DNA of 63,765 nt, the filler included, from Octopus bimaculoides (Eukaryota), in NCBI RefSeq assembly GCF_001194135.2. It is 8 parts of 7 records of this genome, joined end to end, with 100 filler letters (N's around TTAATTAATTAA, not from the genome) between each part and the next. Parts side by side here need not be neighbours in the genome. Positions count along the whole stretch, not along the records: positions 1 to 19,423 come from NC_068984.1; 7 more parts are not named here. The stretch is one strand, 5' to 3'. Numbering within the stretch: position 1 is the first letter of the stretch; the number at the start of each line of letters is the position of its first letter. The position numbers were made by a program, and so were the translations under genes. Shown piece by piece: positions 1 through 13,450 of the stretch. Below the pieces are notes generated by a model that was given only the letters and a program-made list of their open reading frames with translations, was not told where the DNA came from and ran no database searches.

Positions 1-59
1 CAGTTACTGTTAATACTTCATTTAGAGAATTAACATTGCTTGTTTTCACCTTTTCGATA

Positions 60-348
60 TCAGTGAAGAATTTCACTGGAAAAGAAGATATAAGATTGCC
101 AGGTTTTTGTCTCTCTCACCAAGGTCAGCGGCTATCGAACGCCGACGAAGGGAAATAACCCTGAAATCCGGATCCGTTCGTGCTGCAGATGTTGGTGAGA
201 GGGATAACTTCCCTTGGCAAACAGGACACAGTCGTGTGTCGATAAGCCAGCTGGAGGAAATGTCCTCCTGGGGCTAAAAGCAACAGTAACATCCACCCCT
301 AGGGGTCAGCCACACTTAAGTGGCAATATACTACACTTTACATATATA
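60..348 (+). mobile_element. Probable Penelope-like element terminal repeat or retrozyme-like fragment hosting the hammerhead
   Basis: Non-coding and relatively GC-rich, and carries a minimal hammerhead, the form described for Penelope-like element terminal repeats. No RT or GIY-YIG ORF is visible nearby. Boundaries approximate. Confidence 0.45.
136..180 (+). ncRNA. Minimal type I hammerhead ribozyme motif (U4C core variant, palindromic stem III)
   Basis: CGAACG (136-141) pairs with CGTTCG (175-180). Core CCGACGA (142-148), stem II AGGG/CCCT around loop AAATAA, then GAAA, self-complementary ATCCGGAT, and a predicted AUC cleavage triplet (172-174). Confidence 0.7.
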
Positions 349-374
349 CATATATACATATATATGTTGGCAGA

Positions 375-641
375 CTCTCGCAGTCCGCTAAAGACGGTTC
401 TGCAATTTCTTGCTGAGCATTCTGCTCAAATGATTTGTTTAGAGTGATCGAATGTCCATCAGATCGACGTTGCCTGATCAGATGCATGGTGTGGCATGTA
501 TCAAGTGTCGAAGGAATCGCAGAGAAATGTGTAATGAAGATTGTTGCTCAAGATCGCAGCGTACCACCCGGTCTCAGAATTGAAACCACGCTTTCGCGGT
601 TTTGGGCGAAACATTCAGACAACTATGACATGCGCCCTCAC
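375..641 (-). mobile_element. Degenerate tRNA-derived SINE with CORE-like segment
   Basis: Reverse complement begins GTGAGGGCGCATG, with a degenerate B box (GGTTTCAATTC) and a CORE-like GATCTTGAGCAA. The head resembles that of 12020-12363. Confidence 0.5.
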
Positions 642-730
642 ACACATACACACAAATGCATTCACATCCAAACACACACACACAGACACACGGACACACG
701 CACCCACCCAAACACACACGGTGCTGTAAC

Positions 731-908
731 TAGGAGCAGGTTTAGCCGAGTAGTAAGAAGTCTGCTTCCCAACCACATGGTTCCGGTTCACTTCCACTTT
801 GCGGCACCTTCGGCAAGTCCTTTCTTCTATAATTTCTGGCCGACCAATGCTCATAGCCTTCTGAGTGGATTTGTTAAACAGAAACTGAAGAGAGCCCGTC
901 GTATATAT
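731..908 (+). mobile_element. tRNA-derived SINE, family C
   Basis: CCAACCACATGGTTCCGG..GCACCTTCGGCAAG..GAGTGGATTTG..AAACTGAAGAGAGCCCGTCGTATAT, homologous to 14294-14458(-) and 41917-42085(+). Confidence 0.8.
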
Positions 909-2611
909 TTCCCTCATTGTGGTCTAACGACCCTCCATGTTTATTTTCGTTCGGTCTCCTTGTATGTCTCCACTGTCTTGTTTTTGTTCCCAACTTTGAG
1001 CCTCCATAAATCCAAAATTTTATTTTGGTATTTATTGGAGCAATTGTTCTGTTTTCCGCTTTTTTTCTTTCGTTGTTTGCGTATTTAACTCATTTGTTTT
1101 CGTATTTCATGTTGTTTGCTGTTGGTAACGTCCTGTATCCCTTATATATATATATATATATATANNNNNNNNNNNNNNNNNNNNNNNNNNNNNNNNNNNN
1201 NNNNNNNNNNNNNNNNNNNNNNNNNNNNNNNNNNNNNNNNNNNNNNNNNNNNNNNNNNNNNNNNNNNNNNNNNNNNNNNNNNNNNNNNNNNNNNNNNNNN
1301 NNNNNNNNNNNNNNNNNNNNNNNNNNNNNNNNNNNNNNNNNNNNNNNNNNNNNNNNNNNNNNNNNNNNNNNNNNNNNNNNNNNNNNNNNNNNNNNNNNNN
1401 NNNNNNNNNNNNNNNNNNNNNNNNNNNNNNNNNNNNNNNNNNNNNNNNNNNNNNNNNNNNNNNNNNNNNNNNNNNNNNNNNNNNNNNNNNNNNNNNNNNN
1501 NNNNNNNNNNNNNNNNNNNNNNNNNNNNNNNNNNNNNNNNNNNNNNNNNNNNNNNNNNNNNNNNNNNNNNNNNNNNNNNNNNNNNNNNNNNNNNNNNNNN
1601 NNNNNNNNNNNNNNNNNNNNNNNNNNNNNNNNNNNNNNNNNNNNNNNNNNNNNNNNNNNNNNNNNNNNNNNNNNNNNNNNNNNNNNNNNNNNNNNNNNNN
1701 NNNNNNNNNNNNNNNNNNNNNNNNNNNNNNNNNNNNNNNNNNNNNNNNNNNNNNNNNNNNNNNNNNNNNNNNNNNNNNNNNNNNNNNNNNNNNNNNNNNN
1801 NNNNNNNNNNNNNNNNNNNNNNNNNNNNNNNNNNNNNNNNNNNNNNNNNNNNNNNNNNNNNNNNNNNNNNNNNNNNNNNNNNNNNNNNNNNNNNNNNNNN
1901 NNNNNNNNNNNNNNNNNNNNNNNNNNNNNNNNNNNNNNNNNNNNNNNNNNNNNNNNNNNNNNNNNNNNNNNNNNNNNNNNNNNNNNNNNNNNNNNNNNNN
2001 NNNNNNNNNNNNNNNNNNNNNNNNNNNNNNNNNNNNNNNNNNNNNNNNNNNNNNNNNNNNNNNNNNNNNNNNNNNNNNNNNNNNNNNNNNNNNNNNNNNN
2101 NNNNNNNNNNNNNNNNNNNNNNNNNNNNNNNNNNNNNNNNNNNNNNNNNNNNNNNNNNNNNNATGAGTATATGCATATATACGTACAGGTATGTGCATAC
2201 CTACGTCTACCTGTATATATAGGTGCATATCTGGGTACAGGATATTGCAAACAAAACGTAGATAAGAAAATAATAATACAGAAAACACACAAGCCACATA
2301 GAGAACATTTTCCTTCTTCAGCTAGCCCCGTTTTAACACCGGCGTTTCGAATAGTTGGGCAGGACGCATCGTTAAAACGGCTCTTCCCATGGACCGCAAA
2401 TTAAATTTGTATACACAAATTAAACCTGTGCCATGGAGGAATGTAGTGGCGGACAAAAAACAAGACAGGAAAACAAACGGAAAACAAAACAAGACAGGAA
2501 AACAAACGGGAAAGGTTGTGCGGCCAGACGTGAAACATTATGTGTATATGAACGCTGTGAGGCACGAACTGAAAGTGGGGACGAAGTAAGTTCGCGTGGT
2601 TGCTCGGCGAT

Positions 2612-2643
<32 letters not shown>

Positions 2644-2693
2644 TGTATGTATGCATGCATGTATGTATGTACGTATGTATGTTTGTATATACA

Positions 2694-2920
2694 GGGCGGT
2701 GAGCTAGCAGAATTGTTAGCACGCCGGGCGAAATACTTAACGGTATTTCGTCTGCCGTTACGTTCTGAGTTCAAATTCCGCCGAGGTCGACTTTGCCTTT
2801 CATCCTTTCGGGCTCGATTAAATATGTACCAGTTATGCACTGGATCGATGTAATCGACTTAATCCCTTTGTCTGTCCTTGTTTGTACCGTGTTTAGCGCC
2901 CTGTAAGCAATAAAGAAATA
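2694..2920 (+). mobile_element. tRNA-derived SINE, family A
   Basis: A-box-like TAGCAGAATTG, B box GAGTTCAAATTC and central GCCTTTCATCCTTTCGGG. Many copies occur in the window. Confidence 0.9.
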
Positions 2921-3474
2921 TATATNNNNNNNNNNNNNNNNNNNNNNNNNNNNNNNNNNNNNNNNNNNNNNNNNNNNNNNNNNNNNNNNNNNNNNNNNNN
3001 NNNNNNNNNNNNNNNNNNNNNNNNNNNNNNNNNNNNNNNNNNNNNNNNNNNNNNNNNNNNNNNNNNNNNNNNNNNNNNNNNNNNNNNNNNNNNNNNNNNN
3101 NNNNNNNNNNNNNNNNNNNNNNNNNNNNNNNNNNNNNNNNNNNNNNNNNNNNNNNNNNNNNNNNNNNNNNNNNNNNNNNNNNNNNNNNNNNNNNNNNNNN
3201 NNNNNNNNNNNNNNNNNNNNNNNNNNNNNNNNNNNNNNNNNNNNNNNNNNNNNNNNNNNNNNNNNNNNNNNNNNNNNNNNNNNNNNNNNNNNNNNNNNNN
3301 NNNNNNNNNNNNNNNNNNNNNNNNNNNNNNNNNNNNNNNNNNNNNNNNNNNNNNNNNNNNNNNNNNNNNNNNNNNNNNNNNNNNNNNNNNNNNNNNNNNN
3401 NNNNNNNNNNNNNNNNNNNNNNNNNCTTCTTAACCACTCAGCCATGCCTGTGGCTCTATCATTTATCTTCTATT

Positions 3475-3800
3475 GCTGTTTCTTTTCATCCTTTGCTTGT
3501 TTTGGTCATTAGATTGCGGCCATGTTGGAGCACCTCCGTGAAGTATTTTCAGTCGAACGAATAGAACCCAGTACTTTTTTTTTTGAAAACCTAGGACTGA
3601 TTCTAATGGTCTCTTTTGACGAACAATAACGTTACAGGAACGTAAACACACCGACACCGTTTGTCGAAGAAATCTACCCAAGGACTTATTCTTTGTAAGC
3701 CTAGTAATTATTCTATCGGTCACTTTTGCCGAACCACTAAGTTACGGGGACGAAAACATGCCAACATCGGTTGTCAAGCGATGGCGATGTGACAAACACA
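3475..3800 (+). mobile_element. Short interspersed repeat family B (two partial or nested copies)
   Basis: TGCGGCCATG..GAGCACC, GGACTTATTCTTTGTAAGCCTAG..CTATCGGTC..GCCGAACC..AAGTTACGGGGACG, shared with 14000-14190 and 30425-30580. Confidence 0.8.
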
Positions 3801-4109
3801 CAAATATATATATATATATATATAAACATTTCCCTAAACCCTGGATGTCCTACCTTTATAAGTAGGCTGTAATATCCTTGGTACTTATGCGAATTTTTTG
3901 CTACCCTGGTAACTATTTATTTTTCCGTGTTATTTTACACATTAAAAGAATACATTAAAAGAATGAGTTCCAGGCTTTAAAGGAAATGGGTACTTGATAC
4001 GGTACGTTCGGCTAAAATTCTTCAGACCGGTCCCCTAGCGTGGTCGCATTCTAAATGACTGAAACAAGTAAAAGATAGAACATTATTTTCACGGCAGAGG
4101 TTGAAAATC

Positions 4110-4303
4110 CTCTCTTTTCGGGCTTGTTGCTATCCCGGGCATTTGGGCTCTGCGTAGCACCTCAGCGTTGGAGACTCTGTCTTCCCAGGAAATTCCCATG
4201 ATTCATCGCAAGCAGCGGAGGTGGAACTGGTCAAGTACTCGCATTTGCCTCCTATACAGCGTCCACGTCCCACAGCCGTATAGCAGAGAGGTGATGACGA
4301 CTA
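4110..4303 (-). mobile_element. RTE-clade LINE reverse transcriptase C-terminal fragment
   Basis: Minus strand reads [51 protein letters not shown], a typical RTE/BovB post-RT region with one stop. Confidence 0.85.
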
Positions 4304-4328
4304 GGCGATGATAGATAGATAGATAGAT

Positions 4329-4395
<67 letters not shown>

Positions 4396-4421
4396 AAGAG
4401 AGAAGATACATAGTTATATGG

Positions 4422-4470
<49 letters not shown>

Positions 4471-4619
4471 GATATACATAAACATACATAAACACATATA
4501 TATAGTTATGTACACACACACACATACCTATACAAAAAATGTAAGAGAGGGAGAAGAAACATACTTCTTCAAGAACATTCAAACACCGCCTTACATCATT
4601 TTCGTTTGTATATATATTT

Positions 4620-4654
<35 letters not shown>

Positions 4655-5113
4655 TTATTTATTTATGTGTTTCAGCCAAGTGGCTGCGGTCATGCTGGTG
4701 CACCACCGTGATTTTCACGTTCCTCGCATGGCTCTTCTCCCCCACCCATATATATATAGGTATATNNNNNNNNNNNNNNNNNNNNNNNNNNNNNNNNNNN
4801 NNNNNNNNNNNNNNNNNNNNNNNNNNNNNNNNNNNNNNNNNNNNNNNNNNNNNNNNNNNNNNNNNNNNNNNNNNNNNNNNNNNNNNNNNNNNNNNNNNNN
4901 NNNNNNNNNNNNNNNNNNNNNNNNNNNNNNNNNNNNNNNNNNNNNNNNNNNNNNNNNNNNNNNNNNNNNNNNNNNNNNNNNNNNNNNNNNNNNNNNNNNN
5001 NNNNNNNNNNNNNNNNNNNNNNNNNNNTATATATATATGTATGTATGTATACGAATATATACATATATACTGATAGACATACAGACAGGCACCGTGATAG
5101 ATAGATCGATAGA

Positions 5114-5148
<35 letters not shown>

Positions 5149-6013
5149 CCAGGCCGACAGATGGATAGATAGGTAGATTGTTAGGTAGATAGATAGATGC
5201 ATACATACATGTGTGCATGTATGTGTTTATGCATCTATACATGTTTATGTGTGTATATATGTACATATACAGACACATACACCAACACACACAGACACAC
5301 ACACACACATATATGTATGAATATATATGCATCTGTGTGTGTATGCGCGTATGCATCCATGTATGTTTATATCTCTTGGCAAACAAATTACAACCCACGA
5401 TTACTCGTGTCCATTTGACACACTCACCTGAATTTCCTATTCACCATTCCATCTTCTCAGACCTCCCTATGACGCATTGTTCTCTCAATGTCAACCAGTG
5501 GAAGCGGTATCACCACTATCAATCGCAGAATTCAGGGAAGAACTCCAAAGTTCATGGCACCGCCCTTCTTGCACAGCGAAAATACCGTCTGGCCATGTCT
5601 ATCCATGCCGGTGCATATATTTGCGGTTTTGGACAGAGAGAACTGGCACTGTACGACGACAACTTGATGGGGAATCGTTCCTTCATCATGACTTTTTTTC
5701 TCTTATTGATGTTAGTCGTTGCTCCATTAGTTTTTNNNNNNNNNNGGTGAGTGTTGTAAGCAGATAGACAGATAGATAGATAGATAGATAGATAGGTGAA
5801 CGGATGCATGGATTGATGGCTTGATGGATAAATATATGCACAAATTTATGAATATATATATATATATGTATACATGTATATATCTTCAGATTTATGAATA
5901 TATATATATAAATATATACCCACAGAGGTATAAATTTATATGTATGTCCATATGTGTGGGTGTATGTGTGTGTGTATCTATGTATTTGTATGTGTATATA
6001 TATATAAATACAT

Positions 6014-6079
<66 letters not shown>

Positions 6080-7080
6080 CACATATATACATTCATACAC
6101 ATAGAAAGAAGAGAGAGAGAAACACATAGATGAACATACATATATCTATGAATGATGCAAAAGTACACATACTCTCATGTATGTACACACATACACATGC
6201 ATTTATATGTATGCATAGAGTACATTTATACAAATATATTTATCGGCATTGATATCTATTTGTGTGTGTGTATATATATATANNNNNNNNNNNNNNNNNN
6301 NNNNNNNNNNNNNNNNNNNNNNNNNNNNNNNNNNNNNNNNNNNNNNNNNNNNNNNNNNNNNNNNNNNNNNNNNNNNNNNNNNNNNNNNNNNNNNNNNNNN
6401 NNNNNNNNNNNNNNNNNNNNNNNNNNNNNNNNNNNNNNNNNNNNNNNNNNNNNNNNNNNNNNNNNNNNNNNNNNNNNNNNNNNNNNNNNNNNNNNNNNNN
6501 NNNNNNNNNNNNNNNNNNNNNNNNNNNNNNNNNNNNNNNNNNNNNNNNNNNNNNNNNNNNNNNNNNNNNNNNNNNNNNNNNNNNNNNNNNNNNNNNNNNN
6601 NNNNNNNNNNNNNNNNNNNNNNNNNNNNNNNNNNNNNNNNNNNNNNNNNNNNNNNNNNNNNNNNNNNNNNNNNNNNNNNNNNNNNNNNNNNNNNNNNNNN
6701 NNNNNNNNNNNNNNNNNNNNNNNNNNNNNNNNNNNNNNNNNNNNNNNNNNNNNNNNNNNNNNNNNNNNNNNNNNNNNNNNNNNNNNNNNNNNNNNNNNNN
6801 NNNNNNNNNNNNNNNNNNNNNNNNNNNNNNNNNNNNNNNNNNNNNNNNNNNNNNNNNNNNNNNNNNNNNNNNNNNNNNNNNNNNNNNNNNNNNNNNNNNN
6901 NNNNNNNNNNNNNNNNNNNNNNNNNNNNNNNNNNNNNNNNNNNNNNNNNNNNNNNNNNNNNNNNNNNNNNNNNNNNNNNNNNNNNNNNNNNNNNNNNNNN
7001 NNNNNNNNNNNNNNNNNNNNNNNNNNNNNNNNNNNNNNNNNNNNNNNNNNNNNNNNNNNNNNNNNNNNNNNNNNNNNNNN

Positions 7081-7116
<36 letters not shown>

Positions 7117-7483
7117 CACTCATATAAATGTGCATATATATAATATTTCCCACATATCAGATCAGATGACAGAGAATATATAATTGTAAATTTGATATGC
7201 GATAGATATGTGCCAACATGGACTGTCCTAAGAAAGATGAATATCAAATCTATAAAGAGCAAAACATTTAATATGAAGCCATCCATACAGACCTCAAACG
7301 CGTCATCCAATAACATTTTATGTGGTCGGTCAGCAATTAGACGAGTTTTGATGTTGCTCTCGTTTTTTCCTTTTTGTCAAAGTAAATCAGTTTATGCGAA
7401 CATGACCGTCACTAAAAAACAACTTCAATATCGCCATTACATTTGGAGATAACTATCATCATTATCACAATCTCCCTGTCGTG

Positions 7484-7530
<47 letters not shown>

Positions 7531-8685
7531 AGTGTGTAGATGTTATCCACACGACCATTGAAGTAATTATTACTCATGAGGTACGTATTGCTGAAAATGG
7601 ACTCAGACTAATGCATACATACATATACCTATATGCATGTGCACACACACACACACCGACACACACACACACGCATACACACACACACACACACAGACAC
7701 AGACACACACACACAGACACAGACACACACACACAGACACAGACACACACACACACACACAGACACACACACACACATACACAGACATAATGTTGTGTGA
7801 AAGCACGTGGCTCTGTGGTTAGGATGTCGGGTTCACAATCACAAAGTANNNNNNNNNNNNNNNNNNNNNNNNNNNNNNNNNNNNNNNNNNNNNNNNNNNN
7901 NNNNNNNNNNNNNNNNNNNNNNNNNNNNNNNNNNNNNNNNNNNNNNNNNNNNNNNNNNNNNNNNNNNNNNNNNNNNNNNNNNNNNNNNNNNNNNNNNNNN
8001 NNNNNNNNNNNNNNNNNNNNNNNNNNNNNNNNNNNNNNNNNNNNNNNNNNNNNNNNNNNNNNNNNNNNNNNNNNNNNNNNNNNNNNNNNNNNNNNNNNNN
8101 NNNNNNNNNNNNNNNNNNNNNNNNNNNNNNNNNNNNNNNNNNNNNNNNNNNNNNNNNNNNNNNNNNNNNNNNNNNNNNNNNNNNNNNNNNNNNNNNNNNN
8201 NNNNNNNNNNNNNNNNNNNNNNNNNNNNNNNNNNNNNNNNNNNNNNNNNNNNNNNNNNNNNNNNNNNNNNNNNNNNNNNNNNNNNNNNNNNNNNNNNNNN
8301 NNNNNNNNNNNNNNNNNNNNNNNNNNNNNNNNNNNNNNNNNNNNNNNNNNNNNNNNNNNNNNNNNNNNNNNNNNNNNNNNNNNNNNNNNNNNNNNNNNNN
8401 NNNNNNNNNNNNNNNNNNNNNNNNNNNNNNNNNNNNNNNNNNNNNNNNNNNNNNNNNNNNNNNNNNNNNNNNNNNNNNNNNNNNNNNNNNNNNNNNNNNN
8501 NNNNNNNNNNNNNNNNNNNNNNNNNNNNNNNNNNNNNNNNNNNNNNNNNNNNNNNNNNNNNNNNNNNNNNNNNNNNNNNNNNNNNNNNNNNNNNNNNNNN
8601 NNNNNNNNNNNNNNNNNNNNNNNNNNNNNNNNNNNNNNNNNNNNNNNNNNNNNNNNNNNNNNNNNNNNNNNNNNNNNNNNNNNNN

Positions 8686-8756
<71 letters not shown>

Positions 8757-8896
8757 ACTTATGAATATATATGTATTTGTATACACAGATATCTATCTAT
8801 CTATATATGTGTGTGCGTGTGTGTACATATACATATGACCATACAGACATATATACATATTCTGACTGACAGGTGAATAAATAGATAGACAGACAG

Positions 8897-8966
<70 letters not shown>

Positions 8967-9598
8967 CAGCTTGTTTCTGTATTTGTTGTAGCTGATATGA
9001 AAGGTTTTGATTCCGCAATATCTGTAAATCTTTAACCTCGTCTACTTCCTGTTATGTCATACGAAACCGGAAACCCTGACCTCTGTGACCCTCGTCAGTT
9101 TCCAATTAGCGCGCATCCCGCAGCGCTCGCACACACACACGCACATACACATTCGCACACATATACACACTGTCACACAAAAGCACACATTGTTATTCAC
9201 ACTTGAACACGATACCCATGGAGAAAGAGGCGCATGCGTATGCACACACACAAGCACATAAANNNNNNNNNNNNNNNNNNNNNNNNNNNNNNNNNNNNNN
9301 NNNNNNNNNNNNNNNNNNNNNNNNNNNNNNNNNNNNNNNNNNNNNNNNNNNNNNNNNNNNNNNNNNNNNNNNNNNNNNNNNNNNNNNNNNNNNNNNNNNN
9401 NNNNNNNNNNNNNNNNNNNNNNNNNNNNNNNNNNNNNNNNNNNNNNNNNNNNNNNNNNNNNNNNNNNNNNNNNNNNNNNNNNNNNNTATACATGCAGACA
9501 CACACACATACATAAACACACATATATGCACATAGATATTCGCATACGTATACAACGTTCAATCTTTCTTGCTTTCTTTCACACATTCACACACACAC

Positions 9599-9649
<51 letters not shown>

Positions 9650-10164
9650 AACAACCACACACTTATTCAGGGCAGCAGGCATCGCCATACACGCACACAA
9701 AAATACACCCTTGCGCGCGTGCAATGACACAGACTTTGAAAGAGTTAAACACCCGTAGATTTAGACGCACGCACACACCCACACAGACACTCACGCACAC
9801 ACACACACACACACATTCACACACACATACAGACACTCATGCGTGCACTCACACACACACACACACACACACACTGTCATACACACAGGCACATACACAC
9901 ATGCAATGACACACAAGCGCACTTCCATGCACACACTCTCTAACCCTCTCACGCTCTAACCCTCTCACGTATGTGCTCACACACTATCATACTCACACAC
10001 ACACACACACTTACACACGTACACACTCATAAACACATCAATGAATCAGCGGATTACATGTGATTGAATCATCCTAAAGTTTTCTCTTCGTATCAATTAT
10101 TTGTATCGAGTGGATTATTTCCTTTCATCAACGGTATTCATCTTGCCGTTGAACAGCTAATATT

Positions 10165-10252
10165 AATAATAACAACAACAACAATAATAATAACAATAAT
10201 AACAATAATAATAATAATAACAATAATAATAATAACAATAACAATAATAGTA

Positions 10253-10308
<56 letters not shown>

Positions 10309-10316
10309 TAATAATA
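10165..10316. repeat. (AAT/AAC)n trinucleotide microsatellite
   Basis: Direct reading. Confidence 0.95.
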
Positions 10317-10522
10317 CACCGGAGGTCCCATGCAACTCCATCTACAAATAAACAAAAGCTAATGTTACATTATTCTTTGTTAATCTCTCACCTTAACCTC
10401 TGTCACATTCACATCTTCATCATTGCTCTATCAACATCATCTACAGTCTCTATATTATCCACACTATCAGCACCATCAACTCTATGATATATACACACAC
10501 ACGACGAGTCTATAACAACTCG

Positions 10523-10562
<40 letters not shown>

Positions 10563-10794
10563 NNNNNNNNNNNNNNNNNNNNNNNNNNNNNNNNNNNNNN
10601 NNNNNNNNNNNNNNNNNNNNNNNNNNNNNNNNNNNNNNNNNNNNNNNNNNNNNNNNNNNNNNNNNNNNNNNNNNNNNNNNNNNNNNNNNNNNNNNNNNNN
10701 NNNNNNNNNNNNNNNNNNNNNNNNNNNNNNNNNNNNNNNNNNNNNNNNNNNNNNNNNNNNNNNNNNNNNNNNNNNNNNNNNNNNNNNNNNNNNN

Positions 10795-10841
<47 letters not shown>

Positions 10842-11007
10842 TATGCTCGTCACTGCTCAATCTTTGATGTTCTTTACGAATCGTCCTTTTATATATCTTA
10901 TCAGTTTCTTCACTGCAAACGCGGCCATCTCATATTTGCTTAAAAGAAACACATAACTGTGGTATCAACGTCTTTTTAAAAAAAGAGAGAAAAAAAGAAA
11001 AAGAAAA

Positions 11008-11045
11008 TATCGTATTTGACGGCGTATAAGACGCACCCCTATTTT
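11008..11045 (+). mobile_element. pogo/Tigger-like DNA transposon terminal sequence
   Basis: TATCGTATTTGACGGCGTATAAGACGCACCC resembles the TACCGTATTT..TATAAGACGCACC termini of pogo/Tc2-type elements. No partner end was found. Confidence 0.5.
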
Positions 11046-11299
11046 ACGAGTACATTTGGAGGAACTAGACAAATGGTGTATGTATCACCAGGCACGCAAC
11101 GAAATATATTTTTAAAGGGTTTTATAAGGGTAATGTAGATATTTATGCCAGTTAGGCGGCACCAAAACTTCTCATATCCAGTCACCGAACGAGCGTAATA
11201 GTGGTTCTTTATCCAACTGAAGGATAACATCTACCACCAGAAAAAGCGAAACACAAAATTTGAAGCAAATACTATATAATAGGTTTTCCGACAGGTATC

Positions 11300-11455
11300 G
11301 TTGTGAGGCCGAGTGAGAGGCTCGTTTCGAAACCAAAAGGTTTTCAGTTCAACTCCATTGCGCAACATCTTGAGTAAGTGACTTTTACTATAGCCTCGGG
11401 CCAACCAATGACTTGTGAGTGAATTTGAAAGGCGAAAACTGTGCGGAAGCCCATC
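11300..11455 (+). mobile_element. Degenerate SINE family C copy
   Basis: CTATAGCCTCGGGCCAACCAATGACTTGTGAGTGAATTTG..GAAACTG..GAAGCCC matches the family C 3' half. Confidence 0.7.
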
Positions 11456-12019
11456 ATATATATATATATATATATTTGGTGTAACGTTTACATTGCTTAA
11501 TTAAATGGAGTCGCATGATTCTTTGGATATCCTTCTGGCTTATTTTGACTATATATATATANNNNNNNNNNNNNNNNNNNNNNNNNNNNNNNNNNNNNNN
11601 NNNNNNNNNNNNNNNNNNNNNNNNNNNNNNNNNNNNNNNNNNNNNNNNNNNNNNNNNNNNNNNNNNNNNNNNNNNNNNNNNNNNNNNNNNNNNNNNNNNN
11701 NNNNNNNNNNNNNNNNNNNNNNNNNNNNNNNNNNNNNNNNNNNNNNNNNNNNNNNNNNNNNNNNNNNNNNNNNNNNNNNNNNNNNNNNNNNNNNNNNNNN
11801 NNNNNNNNNNNNNNNNNNNNNNNNNNNNNNNNNNNNNNNNNNNNNNNNNNNNNNNNNNNNNNNNNNNNNNNNNNNNNNNNNNNNNNNNNNNNNNNNNNNN
11901 NNNNNNNNNNNNNNNNNNNNNNNNNNNNNNNNNNNNNNNNNNNNNNNNNNNNNNNNNNNNNNNNNNNNNNNNNNNNNNNNNNNNNNNNNNNNNNNNNNNN
12001 NNNNNNNNTAGGAGGAGGA

Positions 12020-12363
12020 GGAGGAGACCCCCTTCGGTCATGAATGACCATGGGATTGCACCCTAGAAAGTTACCCTCCGAGGCACAAGCCTGGGCAAGG
12101 TTGTTTTTATGGAAGGCCAGCAGTCGCCCATGCATACCAGCCTCTCCTCTCCATGCCACTGATGTTATCCAAGGGAATGGCAAAGGGGCCGATACAGCTT
12201 GGCACCAGTGATGTAGCAACTCATTTCTACAGCTGAGTGAACTGGAGCAACGTGAAATAAAATGTCTTGCTCAAGAACACAACACGCAGCCCGGTCCGGG
12301 ATTCGAACTCATAACTTCACGATCGTAAGCATAACGCTCTAACCACTGAACCATGCGCCTTCA
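12020..12363 (-). mobile_element. tRNA-derived CORE-like SINE (family E), apparently full length
   Basis: Reverse complement: GTGAAGGCGCATGGTTCAGTGGTTAGAGC (A box), GAGTTCGAATCCC (B box) and TTCTTGAGCAAGAC (CORE-like). Confidence 0.8.
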
Positions 12364-12371
12364 CATACACA

Positions 12372-12423
<52 letters not shown>

Positions 12424-12439
12424 GTGGGGGTTGTGCGTG

Positions 12440-12630
12440 TCCATGTGTTTATGTGTTTGTTACCCACGCCGCTTGGCGACCGGTGTTGATTTGTTGATAT
12501 ACCTGTGCATTACTGTTTCGGCAAAATTGAACAATAGAATAAATACCAGACTTAGAAGGAAATAAGTGCTGAGGGTGTTGCTGCAGCATGGCCGCAGTTC
12601 AAAGGCTGAAACAAGTAAAACATAAATGAT
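12440..12630 (-). mobile_element. Repeat family B, opposite orientation, degenerate
   Basis: GCAGCATGGCCGCAG..GCTGAAACAAGTAAAA is the reverse complement of the family B start. Confidence 0.7.
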
Positions 12631-13415
12631 AAATCTGCGACCTTTAACACGCACTGTTTTTTACAGTCATTGAGATGCAAAGTTGAGTTGGATAGGATTT
12701 GAACTCAGAGCGTCGAGAGTTAGAATAAATACAAGTCTTTCCGTCCTTCTCCCAAACGAAGCTCCCAACTCCCAGAGTTCTTCAGTCGAAGATTCTTGCT
12801 AGTGGTTTCCATGGTTATAAAGATCACTGAATGTACATAGAAAATCCAAGACAGGAGAGTTAGCTTTGAAGATATTTACTTTAAGCCGGTTTCATTGAGA
12901 ATTGTAAGACCGAATTACCTACGTGTAGCCCAATCTAATTACTACATCTTTGATGAGGTAATCGTTAAGTCGGATCAGGCTTATGTAATACCTAAACCAG
13001 CAGGAAGAATGTGCTTTTTAAGAAATCGTTTTTAACGCTTGAACTCGATGTAGATAAAGCTATAAACAATAGCGTGTAGGATTTTGGGTAAAAAAAAAGA
13101 AGACCTGGGATGGAAAATATCAAAGGTTGTCAGTGGAACTCGCACCCTGTTTACCTCATAAGAATCGAACCTAAAAAATATTTGAAATAAATCATTTTTA
13201 ACAATGGGATTCGAAGGAGATAAAGCTATAAGAGTGTAATAGTGTAGAATTTTGGGTCAACCCCCCACTCCTAGATGGAAAAAGTCGAAAGCTACCCTAG
13301 AATTTATCTCCTTTTTTTTTAGTCTTTCTTCAATTTTTTCCTTTCACTTTTCCTCTATTACATCTCACTCTCCACCTCACCCTCTCATTCTACTGCATAT
13401 ATCTCTCTCTCGGTC

Positions 13416-13450
<35 letters not shown>

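Noticed and set aside
5400-5735. Unique segment with two open plus-strand frames and splice-like signals on both strands
   Set aside because: No recognisable homology, no plus-strand donor before the gap, and the minus-strand exon has stops in all frames.
1025-9586. Long ORFs full of X and YI/HT/CV runs (here and throughout the window)
   Set aside because: Artefacts of N gaps and dinucleotide repeats.
12290-12363. tRNA genes at SINE heads (also 33690-33765, 53460-53531 and family A heads)
   Set aside because: They have A/B boxes but no complete cloverleaf and run directly into SINE bodies.
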